Shown here piece after piece: positions 52,297-63,210 of a stretch of 63,210 nt of DNA. The translations under genes were made by a program, and so were the position numbers. The stretch comes from an uncultured Curvibacter sp. (GTDB lineage Bacteria > Pseudomonadota > Gammaproteobacteria > Burkholderiales > Burkholderiaceae_C): contig CAIUTG010000005.1 of NCBI GenBank assembly GCA_903902035.1, forward strand, positions 1 through 63,210, read 5' to 3'. The notes below the pieces were generated by a model, which was given only the letters and a program-made list of their open reading frames with translations, searched no databases and was not told the DNA's origin. The stretch's first letter is position 1. Every line of letters starts with the position of its first letter.

Positions 52297-52992
52297 ATGC
52301 AGGTTAATGGTGCCCCAGATGCGTTGGCGCAAGCGTTTGTTGAATTTTCAGTGGCTTCAGGCGTTTTGCGCTTTGGTGAGTTCAAAACCAAGGCAGGTCG
52401 TCTGAGCCCTTATTTTTTCAACGCGGGTTTGTTTGACGACGGTGCCAAGCTGGGCCGTTTGGCTGAATTTTATGCAAAGCGCTTGGTCGAAAGCGGGATC
52501 GAGTTTGACATGATTTTTGGCCCTGCCTACAAAGGCATCCCGTTGGCCGCCGCTGTGGCGATTGAATTGGCCCGTTTGGGCAAAAACTTTCCCTTTGCCT
52601 ACAACCGAAAAGAAGCCAAAGACCACGGCGAAGGCGGCACCTTGGTCGGCGCGCCACTGCGGGGCCGGGTCTTGATTGTGGACGACGTCATGTCGGCGGG
52701 CACGGCGGCGCGGGAGTCGATTGCCCTGATTCAAGCCGCCGGTGCCACGCCTCACGCGGTGGCGATTGCGCTGGACCGGCAAGAAATGGCGACCGAAAAA
52801 CAGGCCGACGGCAGCACCCAGGATGTGCCCCACAGCGCGGTGCAATATGTGCGCGAGACCCTGGGCCTGCAGGTCGCGGCCATCGCCAGCTTGACCGACC
52901 TGCTGGGCTACCTGGGCCAGCAAGCGGGCGCCGAGATGGCCGAACACCTGAACCGCACCGAGGCTTATCGCCAGCGTTACGGCGTGGTCTAA
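52297..52992 (+). CDS. pyrE: Orotate phosphoribosyltransferase
   Basis: GRLSPYFFNAG, FGPAYKGIPL, NRKEAKDHGEGG, IVDDVMSAGT. Confidence 0.96.
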   Translation: MQVNGAPDALAQAFVEFSVASGVLRFGEFKTKAGRLSPYFFNAGLFDDGAKLGRLAEFYAKRLVESGIEFDMIFGPAYKGIPLAAAVAIELARLGKNFPFAYNRKEAKDHGEGGTLVGAPLRGRVLIVDDVMSAGTAARESIALIQAAGATPHAVAIALDRQEMATEKQADGSTQDVPHSAVQYVRETLGLQVAAIASLTDLLGYLGQQAGAEMAEHLNRTEAYRQRYGVV

Positions 52993-53012
52993 GCGACCCC
53001 GCCCCTGGCGGT

Positions 53013-54464
53013 TTACCCCGCCAGCTTGGCCTTCAGCAATTCATTGACCTGCGCCGGATTGGCCTTGCCTTGGCTGGCCTTCATGATTTGGCCGACCAAG
53101 GCATTGAAGGCTTTGTCTTTGCCGGCGCGGAATTGGGCCACATTGTCGGGGTTGGCGGCGATCACCTCATCGATGATTTTTTCCAGCGCGCCCGAGTCGT
53201 TCATTTGCTTCAAGCCCTTGGCTTCGATCACCGCGTCCACCGCACTGGCCTCGCCGCTCCACAGCGCTTCGAACACCTGTTTGGCGGCATTGTTGGAAAT
53301 CGTGCCATCTGCAATGCGCGTGATCAGAGCCGCCAATTGAGTGGCACTGACGGGGGCGCTCTCGATGCTCGCCTCGCTGCTGTTCAGGCGGCGTGACACC
53401 TCACCCATGAGCCAGTTGCTCGCCAATTTGGGCTGACCGCAGGCCTTGGCCGTGGCTTCAAAGTAGGCCGCCATGGCCTTGCTTTGGGTCAGCGTGGTGG
53501 CGTCGTACTCGGGCAGGCCGTAGTCGGCCACAAAGCGCGCCGCCATGGTGCGCGGCAGCTCGGTCATCGCGGCCTTGACGCGCTGCACCCACTCATCGGC
53601 AATCACCAGCGGCGGCAGGTCGGGGTCGGGGAAGTAGCGGTAATCGGCCGCGTCTTCCTTGGTGCGCATGGCGCGCGTCTCGCCGGTGTCGGGGTCGAAC
53701 AGCACGGTGGCCTGCTGGATGGTGTGGCCGTCTTCGATTTGCTCAATTTGCCAGCGCACTTCAAAGTCGATGGCCTGCTGCATGAACTTGAAGCTGTTCA
53801 GGTTCTTGATTTCGCGGCGCGTGCCCAGCGGCGCACCGGGGCGGCGCACCGAGACATTGGCGTCGCAGCGGAAGCTGCCTTCTTGCATGTTGCCGTCGCA
53901 GATGCCGATCCAGGTGACGATCTTGTGCAGCTCCTTGGCGTAGGCCACGGCCTCGTCGCTGGAGCGGATGTCGGGCTCGGTGACGATTTCGAGCAGCGGC
54001 GTGCCCGCGCGGTTCAGGTCGATGCCCGATTGACCAATGAAGTCTTCGTGCAAGGACTTGCCAGCGTCTTCTTCGAGGTGAGCGCGCACCAGACGCACGA
54101 TTTTCTTTTCGTCGCCCAGGAAGAATTCAACCTCGCCCCCCACCACCACGGGGATTTCAAACTGGCTGATCTGGTAGCCCTTGGGCAGATCGGGGTAAAA
54201 ATAATTTTTCCGCGCAAAAATGCTTTTGGGTGAAATGTGCGAACCGATTGCCAAGCCGAATTCAATCGCACGCTCGACCGCGCCCAGGTTCATCACTGGC
54301 AATGTGCCGGGCAGGGCCAGGTCCACCGCGCAGGCCTGGGTGTTGGGCTCTGCGCCAAAAGCGGTTGAGGCGCGGCTGAAAATCTTGCTCTGGGTCGAGA
54401 GCTGGGCATGGGTCTCGAAGCCGATCACGACTTCGTAGCCTTGCACGAGGCGATTTTTACTCAT
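53013..54464 (-). CDS. gatB: Asp/Glu-tRNA amidotransferase subunit B
   Basis: [35 protein letters not shown]. Confidence 0.97.
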   Translation of the reverse strand: MSKNRLVQGYEVVIGFETHAQLSTQSKIFSRASTAFGAEPNTQACAVDLALPGTLPVMNLGAVERAIEFGLAIGSHISPKSIFARKNYFYPDLPKGYQISQFEIPVVVGGEVEFFLGDEKKIVRLVRAHLEEDAGKSLHEDFIGQSGIDLNRAGTPLLEIVTEPDIRSSDEAVAYAKELHKIVTWIGICDGNMQEGSFRCDANVSVRRPGAPLGTRREIKNLNSFKFMQQAIDFEVRWQIEQIEDGHTIQQATVLFDPDTGETRAMRTKEDAADYRYFPDPDLPPLVIADEWVQRVKAAMTELPRTMAARFVADYGLPEYDATTLTQSKAMAAYFEATAKACGQPKLASNWLMGEVSRRLNSSEASIESAPVSATQLAALITRIADGTISNNAAKQVFEALWSGEASAVDAVIEAKGLKQMNDSGALEKIIDEVIAANPDNVAQFRAGKDKAFNALVGQIMKASQGKANPAQVNELLKAKLAG

Positions 54465-54466
54465 AT

Positions 54467-55978
54467 TCAGATACTCCCCGGTTGGCGGAGGTGAAAATCG
54501 GTGGCTTGCTGGAAGCGGTGGGCGGCGTTGAGCAACCTGGCCTCGCCAAAGTAGTTGCCAATCAGCTGCAGGCCCACAGGCATGCCGCCTTCGCCAAAGC
54601 CGGCGGGCAGGCTCATGCCGGGCAGCCCGGCCAAGGAGGCGGGCAGGGTGAAGATGTCGGCCAAGTAGTTGGCCAGCGGGTCGGCAGACTTTTCGCCCAG
54701 TTTCCAGGCCACGGTCGGGGCCACGGGGCCGGCAATCACGTCGCAGTTTTGGAAAGCCTGCTGGAAGTCGTCGGCGATCATGCGGCGGATTTTTTGCGCC
54801 TGCAAATAGTAGGCGTCGTAGTAGCCGTGCGACAGCACATAGGTGCCGATCATGATGCGGCGCTTGACCTCGTCGCCAAAGCCTTCGGCGCGGGTCTTTT
54901 TGTACATGTCGGTCAGGTCGGCGTAGTCCTTGGCGCGGTGGCCGAATTTGACGCCGTCAAAGCGGCTCAGGTTGGAGCTGGCCTCGGCCGGGGCAATGAT
55001 GTAATAAACCGGGATCGACAGCTCGGTGCGGGGCAGGCTGATGGGCACCAGTTTGGCACCCAGTTTTTCGTATTCTTTCAATGAAGCATCGACTGCAGCC
55101 CTCACATCGGGGGCCAGGCCCTCACCAAAGAACTCGGCGGGGATGCCAATGCGCAGCCCCTCGATCGAGTCGTTCAGAGGGCGCGAAAAATCTTCCGCAG
55201 GCACATCGAGCGAGGTGGCGTCGCGGTCCGGGTCGGGGCCGCACAGGGCCGACAGCAGCAAGGCGCAGTCTTCGGCGCTGCGCGCCATGGGGCCAGCCTG
55301 GTCGAGGCTGGAGGCAAAGGCCACCATCCCGTAGCGCGAGGCGCGGCCATAGGTGGGTTTGATGCCGGTGATGCCACAAAAGCTGGCGGGCTGACGAATC
55401 GAGCCGCCGGTGTCGGTGCCCGTCACGGCGGGGGCCAAGCGCGCCGCCACGGCGGCGGCGCTGCCGCCCGAAGAGCCGCCGGGCACGCGGTCTGGCGCCC
55501 AGGGGTTGCGCACCGGTGCGGGGGCGTCAAAGCCGATCGGAGCGATGGCCGAGTTTTCATTGGCCGAGCCCATGGCGAATTCATCGCAGTTGAGCTTGCC
55601 CAAGGTCACCGCACCGGCTTCGGCGAGGCGTGTGACCACGGTGGCGTCAAAGGGCGATTGATAGCCCTTGAGCATTTTGGAGCCTGCGGTGGTGGGAAAG
55701 TCGCGCGTGACAAAGACGTCTTTGTGTGCAATCGGGACGCCGGTCAAGGTTTTAAACGGGTCACCCGGTTGGGTGGGGGCCTGTTTCGCCAACACCGCGT
55801 CGGCGGCACGAGCCTGCGCCAAAGTGGCCTCGGGGTGGATGCTGACAAAAGCGCCCAGATGGCTGTGGTCGGCCATGCGTTTCAGGAAATGCTCGGCGGC
55901 TTCAACGGCAGAGACTTTTTTGCTTTGCAGCAGCGCGGCCAGCTCGACCACGCTCAAATCATGTAGTTCGTTGCTCAT
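54467..55978 (-). CDS. gatA: Asp/Glu-tRNA amidotransferase subunit A
   Basis: Amidase signature [23 protein letters not shown]. Confidence 0.97.
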   Translation of the reverse strand: MSNELHDLSVVELAALLQSKKVSAVEAAEHFLKRMADHSHLGAFVSIHPEATLAQARAADAVLAKQAPTQPGDPFKTLTGVPIAHKDVFVTRDFPTTAGSKMLKGYQSPFDATVVTRLAEAGAVTLGKLNCDEFAMGSANENSAIAPIGFDAPAPVRNPWAPDRVPGGSSGGSAAAVAARLAPAVTGTDTGGSIRQPASFCGITGIKPTYGRASRYGMVAFASSLDQAGPMARSAEDCALLLSALCGPDPDRDATSLDVPAEDFSRPLNDSIEGLRIGIPAEFFGEGLAPDVRAAVDASLKEYEKLGAKLVPISLPRTELSIPVYYIIAPAEASSNLSRFDGVKFGHRAKDYADLTDMYKKTRAEGFGDEVKRRIMIGTYVLSHGYYDAYYLQAQKIRRMIADDFQQAFQNCDVIAGPVAPTVAWKLGEKSADPLANYLADIFTLPASLAGLPGMSLPAGFGEGGMPVGLQLIGNYFGEARLLNAAHRFQQATDFHLRQPGSI

Positions 55979-55986
55979 GCGGGTCT

Positions 55987-56286
55987 TTACTCGATCACTT
56001 TGGGAACCAGGAACAAGCCGTTTTCAACCGCGGGCGCGCTGGCCTGGTTGGCTTCGCGCTGGTTGGCCTCGCTCACCACATCGGCGCGCAGGCGCAGGGC
56101 GATTTCCTGGATGGCGGCGACGGGGTGGGCCAAGGGCTCAATGCCTTGGGTGTCCACGGCCCGCATTTGTTCCACCAGTTCAAAAAAACCGTTGATTTGA
56201 CCCAGCAAACGCTGGGCTTCGTCGGGCTGAAGTTGCAAGCGGGCCAGGTTGGCCAGGCGGGCAATGTCTTGGGTTGCGAGGGACAT
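55987..56286 (-). CDS. gatC: Asp/Glu-tRNA amidotransferase subunit C
   Basis: LANLARL, AP...FLVPKVIE; upstream of gatA. Confidence 0.95.
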   Translation of the reverse strand: MSLATQDIARLANLARLQLQPDEAQRLLGQINGFFELVEQMRAVDTQGIEPLAHPVAAIQEIALRLRADVVSEANQREANQASAPAVENGLFLVPKVIE

Positions 56287-56378
56287 GGTTAAGCAAATTG
56301 GAGCGGATCGGGTATTATCCCGTCTTTGCGCTGGGCGCTGAAAAACCCGTTTTTTGGCCAGTCATGCCACGCATTTAA

Positions 56379-57458
<1,080 letters not shown>

Positions 57459-57478
57459 GCGGGTCTGTATGGGTGGTC

Positions 57479-58399
57479 ATGTCACTCGGAACCCTTGACC
57501 GTCGCCCGCCGCCCTTGTTCAAACAAGGGCCTTCGGCGCTGACGCAACTGGCTTTTTATGGGGCGTTGGGCATTTTCTTGATGGTGGCCGATGCCCGCTT
57601 GCACATCACACAGCCCCTGCATTCGGCCTTGGCCACGGCCATTTACCCCTTGGAGTGGGTGGCCCGCCAGCCTTTTGAATGGCTGGAGGGCGGGGCCGAC
57701 TACGTCTCGGCCGTGGGGCGTGCCCATGCACTCGAAGAAAAAACCCGCCAGCAACTCACCTTGCAATCGGCCAAAACCCAGCAGGTCGATGAATTGCTGC
57801 AAGAAAATGCCAAGCTGCGTGAGTTGCTGGGCCTGAGTCAGCGTTTCAGCACCACCGGCCAAGCGGCGCAAATTTTGTACGACGCGGCCGATCCCTTTAC
57901 CCACCGCGCGGTGATTGACCGGGGACAGTTGAAAAACATCGCGCTGGGTTCGCCGGTGATTGATGAAAAAGGGGTGGTGGGACAAGTCACCCGGGTGGAC
58001 CTGTTGACCTCCGAGGTGACCCTGGTGATTGACCGGGACTTCTCGATTCCCGTTCTCAATGTGCGCACGGGTGAGCGCAGCGTTGCCGATGGCGACCCCC
58101 AGGGGGCAGGCCTGGTTTTGCGTTTTGTGTCAGCCAATGCGGATGTGAAGGTGGGCGATGAGCTTTTCACCAGTGGCGTGGATGGGGTGTACCCGCCGGG
58201 CTTGAGTGTGGCCAGGGTGGACAAAATTGAGCGCCGGGGGGACGCCGCCTTTGCGCAGGTGCATTGCACGCCGTTATCGGGTGTCACCGGGGTCAGGCAT
58301 GTTTTGGTGGTGACGCCCTTGGGCTCGCAGGTGCCGCCCCGGCCCACGCCTGTTGCGCCTGGCGCGGCGACGGCCTCCCCGAAGGGCGGTGCGAAATGA
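57479..58399 (+). CDS. mreC: Rod shape-determining protein MreC
   Basis: TM segment, coiled coil ENAKLRELL, TSGVDGVYPPGL. Confidence 0.94.
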   Translation: MSLGTLDRRPPPLFKQGPSALTQLAFYGALGIFLMVADARLHITQPLHSALATAIYPLEWVARQPFEWLEGGADYVSAVGRAHALEEKTRQQLTLQSAKTQQVDELLQENAKLRELLGLSQRFSTTGQAAQILYDAADPFTHRAVIDRGQLKNIALGSPVIDEKGVVGQVTRVDLLTSEVTLVIDRDFSIPVLNVRTGERSVADGDPQGAGLVLRFVSANADVKVGDELFTSGVDGVYPPGLSVARVDKIERRGDAAFAQVHCTPLSGVTGVRHVLVVTPLGSQVPPRPTPVAPGAATASPKGGAK

Positions 58400-58917
58400 T
58401 GGTCAAACCCGCTGGGCAGCAACTGTTGTTGCCGGCCAAAAGCGCTTTTATCTGGGGCACGTTGGTGTTGGCCATGTTGGTCAACATGTTGCCTTGGGGG
58501 CGTTTGCCCGGTGCGCCGGATTGGCTCTTGATGTTGTTGGTGTTTTGGACCATGCGCCAGCCTTTGCAGGTCGGACTGACGGCGGCTTTTTTCTTTGGTC
58601 TGACCATGGATGTGCATCAAACCTGTCTGTTGGGCCAGCACGCCATCGGGTATTGCGTGATCAGTTATTTGGCCATTCTGATGCATCGGCGCGTTCTTTG
58701 GTTTGGGTATTGGGGGCAGGCCTTGCAAATTGCCCCGCTGTTTTTATTGGGCCATGTGCTGGATGTGTTGGTTCGATTGGCCTTGGGCGGGCAGTTTCCT
58801 GGGCTCTGGGTCTTGCTCGCTCCTGTGCTGGAAACCTTGATGTGGCCGCTGTTGTCCTGGCTCTTGCTGTTGCCACAAATGCGCGCACCCGATCGCGACG
58901 ACAGTCGCCCCTTGTGA
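58396..58917 (+). CDS. mreD: Rod shape-determining protein MreD
   Basis: Hydrophobic; PDWL..LVFW, GLTMDV...LLGQHA; synteny. Confidence 0.92.
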   Translation: MMVKPAGQQLLLPAKSAFIWGTLVLAMLVNMLPWGRLPGAPDWLLMLLVFWTMRQPLQVGLTAAFFFGLTMDVHQTCLLGQHAIGYCVISYLAILMHRRVLWFGYWGQALQIAPLFLLGHVLDVLVRLALGGQFPGLWVLLAPVLETLMWPLLSWLLLLPQMRAPDRDDSRPL

Positions 58918-58936
58918 TGTTCAGACAGGGCCGGCC

Positions 58937-60922
58937 ATGAACGAAATGCGCAATGTGGACGCAGACCTGTCTCGCTTCAGGTCGCGGGTCAGGGTGGCCA
59001 TGCTGGTGGTGGTGGTGGGTTTCGTCCTGGTGTTCTTGCGTTTGTTTTATTTGCAGGTCATCCGCTATGAGGACCTGGCCGAGCAGGCCGAAGACAACCG
59101 CATCGCGGTGGTGCCCACGGTGCCCAACCGGGGTTTGATTCTGGACCGCAATGGCCTGGTGTTGGCCACCAATTATTCTGCCTACACCCTGGAAGTCACG
59201 CCCAACAAGGCGGGCCCGGTGGAGGGCTGGATTGAGGACTTGGCTCAGGTGTTGGACATTGGGGTGCGGGAACGCAAGCGCTTCAAGAAGCTGTTGGAGG
59301 AAAGCAAAGGCTTTGCCAGCGTCCCCATCCGCACCCGTTTGACCGACGAAGAGGTGGCCCGTTTCACGGCGCAGAAATTCCGCTTTCCTGGGGTCGAAGT
59401 CAAAGCCCGTTTGTTTCGTTCCTACCCCTACGGGGAGTTGGCCAGCCATGTGATTGGCTACATCGGACGCATCAACCAAAAAGAAAAAGAGGCCATCGAA
59501 GACTCGGAGAATGGCAACAATTACGAAGGCACGGAGTTCATCGGCAAGCTGGGCATTGAGCAAAGCTTTGAGCGTCAACTGCACGGCACCACGGGGGTGC
59601 AACAAATCGAAACCTCCGCCGGTGGTCGGGCGGTGCGCCGACTCGCCAGCCAACCCGCCACGCCGGGTGACACCGTGATCTTGTCCATCGACATCAAGTT
59701 GCAAAAGTTGATTGAAGACCTGTATGGCAATCGCCGGGGTGCCTTGGTGGCGTTGGACCCCAAAACGGGGGAGGTCCTGGCCTTTGTCAGCAAGCCCACG
59801 TTTGACCCCAATTTGTTTGTCGAAGGCATTGATCTGGACAACTGGCAAAGCCTGAATGAATCCATCGACAAACCTCTCTTGAACCGGGCTTTGCGTGGGA
59901 CCTACCCACCGGGCTCAACCTACAAGCCCTTCATGGCCTTGGGGGCGTTGGAGTTGGGCAAGCGCAGTGCCCAAGCCATCATCAACGACCCTGGGTATTT
60001 TAATTTTGGCGGGCACAGATTTGGCAGCCCTGAAGGCTATTTGGGCGACATGGACATGCGCCGGGCGATCCAGCTGTCCAGCAACATTTATTTTTATTCC
60101 CTGGCCAATGAGATGGGGGTGGATGCGATTCATGACTTCATGGCCCCCTTCGGCTTTGGTCAGCTGACGGGCATTGACATCCAGGGTGAAACCCGTGGCG
60201 TCTTGCCCAGCACCGAATGGAAACGCAAGGCTTACAAGACCGCCGCCCAGCGCAAATGGTACGCCGGGGAAACCATTTCTTTGGGCATTGGCCAGGGCTA
60301 CAACACCTTCACGATGTTGCAGTTGGCGCAGGCCACGGCTGTCTTGGCCACCAACGGCCTGAAATACAAGCCCCACATCGCCATGGCCACGCGCGACGCG
60401 GTGAGCCGTGAAACCCGGCCCCTGGTGACAGAGCCGCCGCAAAACCTGGGCCTCAAGCCCGAGAATGTGGCCGTCATTCGCGACGCCTTGGGCGCTGTGG
60501 TGCAGGCCGGAACTTCGGCCAGTGCCTTTGCGGGGGCCGCCTACACCTCGGGTGGCAAGACGGGGACGGCGCAGGCCGTGACCATCGGGGAAGGGCAAAA
60601 ATACGAGCGCGCCCGCATGGGCGAGCACCAGCGGGACCACGCGCTCTACATCGCCATGGCCCCGCTGGACGACCCCAAAATCGTGCTGGCCTTGATTGTC
60701 GAAAATGCGGGCTGGGGCGCAGAAGTTGCCGCCCCCATCGCACGGCGGGTGTTTGACTACTGGTTGCAAGACCGTTACCCCAGTGAGGAAGACATTGCCG
60801 CGGTGAGCCAAGGCCAAGCTGCGGCGCCCATCGGCCCGTCGCGCAAGGCCTCCGAAATGCCTTGGCCCCCTGGCCCGTCCTCTGTGGCGCCTGCTGCGCC
60901 TGCGGTGACTCAAGCCCAGTAA
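58937..60922 (+). CDS. mrdA: Penicillin-binding protein 2
   Basis: SxxK (PGSTYK), SxN (SSN), KTG. Confidence 0.96.
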   Translation: MNEMRNVDADLSRFRSRVRVAMLVVVVGFVLVFLRLFYLQVIRYEDLAEQAEDNRIAVVPTVPNRGLILDRNGLVLATNYSAYTLEVTPNKAGPVEGWIEDLAQVLDIGVRERKRFKKLLEESKGFASVPIRTRLTDEEVARFTAQKFRFPGVEVKARLFRSYPYGELASHVIGYIGRINQKEKEAIEDSENGNNYEGTEFIGKLGIEQSFERQLHGTTGVQQIETSAGGRAVRRLASQPATPGDTVILSIDIKLQKLIEDLYGNRRGALVALDPKTGEVLAFVSKPTFDPNLFVEGIDLDNWQSLNESIDKPLLNRALRGTYPPGSTYKPFMALGALELGKRSAQAIINDPGYFNFGGHRFGSPEGYLGDMDMRRAIQLSSNIYFYSLANEMGVDAIHDFMAPFGFGQLTGIDIQGETRGVLPSTEWKRKAYKTAAQRKWYAGETISLGIGQGYNTFTMLQLAQATAVLATNGLKYKPHIAMATRDAVSRETRPLVTEPPQNLGLKPENVAVIRDALGAVVQAGTSASAFAGAAYTSGGKTGTAQAVTIGEGQKYERARMGEHQRDHALYIAMAPLDDPKIVLALIVENAGWGAEVAAPIARRVFDYWLQDRYPSEEDIAAVSQGQAAAPIGPSRKASEMPWPPGPSSVAPAAPAVTQAQ

Positions 60923-61668
60923 GCGTCGCTGCCGGTTTTTAAAATCAAGGCACTGACCACCGCGATAAACACCCAGCGCACAAAAGCGGTGCCATGCCTG
61001 AGCGCCAGTCGGCTGCCCAACAAACTGCCCAAGACATTGCACAGCGCCAGTGGCAAAGCCATAGGCCAGCTCACCAGACCTTGGCTGGTGAACAGGATCA
61101 GGGCCGCCAAATTCGTGGCCACATTGATCAGCTTGGCGCTGGCCGAGGCGCGTAAAAAATCGTAGCCCAAGACCCGCACAAACAAGAACACCAAAAAGCT
61201 GCCCGTGCCCGGGCCAAAAAAACCATCATAAAAACCAATCGAGGCCCCGATCAACAAGGCGGCGCCGGTTTCGCGTCTTCCGGTCCAGCGGGGTTGGTGG
61301 TGCTGGCCCAGGTCTTTCTTCACCAAGGTGTAGACCAAGACCGCCAGCAAAACCACGGGCAGCCAACGGCGCAGGAAGTCGGGGGGTGTTTGGGTCACGG
61401 CCCAGGCCCCTGCCAGGGCAAAAACAAAGCCGGCCATGGCCGCTGGCCACCAGGCACGCCAGGGCAAGGAAACCCGTCGCTGGTATTGCCAGCCGGCCAT
61501 GCCGGTTCCCCAAATCGAGACGCTTTTGTTCAAGCCAAACAAGGCGGCAGGGGTTTTGTCGGGGAAGGCCGCAAACAGCGAGGGCACCATGATCAAGCCC
61601 CCACCGCCGACGATGGCGTCAATGAAACCGGCCAATGTGCTGGCCAGTGCGACCCAAATCATTTCCAT
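60910..61668 (-). CDS. Sulfite exporter TauE/SafE (TSUP) family protein
   Basis: AGFIDAIVGGGGLI, GFYDGFFGPGTGSF. Confidence 0.92.
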   Translation of the reverse strand: MEMIWVALASTLAGFIDAIVGGGGLIMVPSLFAAFPDKTPAALFGLNKSVSIWGTGMAGWQYQRRVSLPWRAWWPAAMAGFVFALAGAWAVTQTPPDFLRRWLPVVLLAVLVYTLVKKDLGQHHQPRWTGRRETGAALLIGASIGFYDGFFGPGTGSFLVFLFVRVLGYDFLRASASAKLINVATNLAALILFTSQGLVSWPMALPLALCNVLGSLLGSRLALRHGTAFVRWVFIAVVSALILKTGSDAYWA

Positions 61669-61686
61669 GGGACTGGATTGTGAATG

Positions 61687-61717
61687 AAAAAAGGCGCCTG
61701 GATGTCAGGCGCCTTTT
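61687..61717 (-). terminator. Rho-independent terminator just upstream of the tauE-like gene
   Basis: Minus strand AAAAGGCGCCTG-ACATC-CAGGCGCC-TTTTTT. Confidence 0.8.
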
Positions 61718-61776
61718 CATTTTGTTTTGTCTCCTCGGACCCCGACCTGCCAAGCCATGACTGGCTTGATTCGAGT
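61687..61776 (-). ncRNA. Candidate small RNA of about 90 nt
   Basis: -10-like TATATT (61783-61788, minus), hairpin CAAGCCA/TGGCTTG, GAGGAGACA tract, strong terminator. Confidence 0.45.
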
Positions 61777-61831
61777 GCATTGAATATAGGACAGAAGCCG
61801 GTCTCGATCCATTCTCGTTTTCCCTGAGGTT

Positions 61832-61850
61832 TTGTCATGGTTGTGTCATG
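61832..61850 (+). promoter_or_regulatory. Pho-box-like direct repeat
   Basis: TTGTCAT-GGTT-GTGTCAT with 11-bp period, about 24 bp before the lplT paralog ATG. Confidence 0.65.
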
Positions 61851-61873
61851 CGACTGAGGGCTAATCAGCCCCC

Positions 61874-63133
61874 ATGCCTTCTGGTTTCTATTTGTTGATT
61901 GCTGCCCAGTTTGTGTCCGCGCTGGCCGACAACGCCTTGCTGATATTGGCCGCTGCCTTGCTCCAAGAGCAGGGTTTTGCGCCCTGGTGGGCACCCATGT
62001 TGAAATTTTCTTTCACCATTTCCTATGTGCTGTTGGCCCCCTTCATGGGGCCGTTCGCCGACGCGGTGCCCAAAACCCGGTTGATGGTCTGGATGAATGG
62101 CCTCAAAACCATCGGGGTCTTGCTGATGTTCACGGCCATCCACCCCGTGCTGGCCTATGCGGTGGTGGGCGTCGGGGCGGCGGCTTATGCCCCGGCCAAA
62201 TACGGCTTGATCACCGAATGGGTGCCGGCCCGGTTGTTGGTGCGGGCGAATGGCTGGATTGAGGTTTCGGTGGTGTTGGCCGCATTGTCGGGCACGGTTC
62301 TGGGCGGCTTCTTGGTCAGTGCCTGGTATGCCCGCACGCCTTTCGCGGTGCAGGTCGGCGCGCTGCTGGCGCCGGTTTTGCACGGCTTGGGCTTGCCTTT
62401 GCAGTCAAAGTTGTTGGCTTCTCTGGTGCTGGTTTTGTGCTTGTACGGCTTGGCCGCCTGGCTGCAATCGCTGGTCCGAACGGGCGTGGTCAGTTACCCC
62501 AAAACCTCATTCCAGGTACCGGCCTTGGTGCGTGATTTCGCCGTCGCCAATCGGCGCTTGTGGCGCGATCCGCAAGGCGGGTTGACCTTGACCGTCACCA
62601 CCTTGTTTTGGGGCGTCGGTGCGACCGTGCAATTTGCGGTGCTGCGCTGGGCCAAAGAGGTGCTGCAGTTGTCCATGGACGGCGCCGCTTATTTGCAGGC
62701 GGTGGTGGCCATCGGCGTGGTGATGGGGGCGGGCCTGGCCGGTGCCTTGGTGGGCCTGGGCGCGGCTTGGCGGGTTTTGCCTGCGGGGGTGTTGCTGGGC
62801 TTGATGATTTCGGGTGCGGCTTTGACGACCGGTCTCAACACCACCCTGCCCGCCTTGTCGTTGTTGGGCGTGGTGGGTGGGATTTTGGTGGTGCCGATGA
62901 ACGCCTTGTTGCAGCACCGAGGCCACCAGTTGCTCACCGCGGGCCGCTCAATCGCGGTGCAAGGCTTCAATGAAAACCTCAGCATCTTGGTGATGCTGGG
63001 GGCTTATGCGGCTTGTTTGGCCCTGGACTGGCCGATCGTCCCGATGTTGGTGGGCTTTGGCCTGTGGGTGGCGTTGGCGATGGCTGCCATCATTTGGGTG
63101 CACGCGCGACAACGTCGGAGACCAGGCGCTTGA
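61874..63133 (+). CDS. lplT: Lysophospholipid transporter LplT paralog
   Basis: AQFVSALADNA, YAPAKYGLITE, VVPMNALLQHRG, SIAVQGFNE. Confidence 0.85.
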   Translation: MPSGFYLLIAAQFVSALADNALLILAAALLQEQGFAPWWAPMLKFSFTISYVLLAPFMGPFADAVPKTRLMVWMNGLKTIGVLLMFTAIHPVLAYAVVGVGAAAYAPAKYGLITEWVPARLLVRANGWIEVSVVLAALSGTVLGGFLVSAWYARTPFAVQVGALLAPVLHGLGLPLQSKLLASLVLVLCLYGLAAWLQSLVRTGVVSYPKTSFQVPALVRDFAVANRRLWRDPQGGLTLTVTTLFWGVGATVQFAVLRWAKEVLQLSMDGAAYLQAVVAIGVVMGAGLAGALVGLGAAWRVLPAGVLLGLMISGAALTTGLNTTLPALSLLGVVGGILVVPMNALLQHRGHQLLTAGRSIAVQGFNENLSILVMLGAYAACLALDWPIVPMLVGFGLWVALAMAAIIWVHARQRRRPGA

Positions 63134-63210
63134 GCTTGCCTTTGGCCTTGCCAGCGTCCGCCTGGCTTTTGGCCAAGGGCACCGGAGCGCCTGTCATCAG
63201 GGCCGCGTAA

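Noticed and set aside
60401-60415. VSRET peptide in PBP2, suggesting a fourth parS
   Set aside because: The DNA is GTGAGCCGTGAAACC; only the right half matches and it is not palindromic
58937-60922. No rodA after mrdA
   Set aside because: It may simply lie elsewhere in the genome; nothing here indicates loss

Overview
A mostly core-genome window (about 60% GC by eye) from a Betaproteobacterium. Gene content and order suggest Burkholderiales/Comamonadaceae (inference). It very probably spans the chromosomal replication origin: an AT-rich unwinding element, TAG-type DnaA-trios, an IHF-like site and DnaA boxes lie at about 3225-3460, with three parS sites and mnmG-rsmG-parA-parB a few kb to the right. 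Housekeeping genes: sucCD, infA, minCDE, pckG, recQ, a split metH with an SAH riboswitch, fpr, comM, glnK-amtB (sigma54/NtrC promoter), glcEF, proQ, alr, radA, ilvE, ampG, xth, pyrE, gatCAB, mreBCD-mrdA. Accessory-looking modules: an AT-richer hydrolase-ACP-ketosynthase operon running into the origin, a HisKA_3/NarL two-component pair with a TonB-dependent receptor after parB, a PACE exporter between the metH halves, and a TetR-MFS pair with twin operators. Signals absent from the ORF track: a 45-aa mini type IV prepilin, a 48-aa membrane peptide, a long hairpin in the pckG leader, a CpxR-like box, a candidate sRNA of about 90 nt carrying GAGGAGACA, and a Pho box before a second lplT paralog. 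I saw no rRNA, tRNA, CRISPR array, transposase or prophage gene. All calls are by eye; no searches were run.
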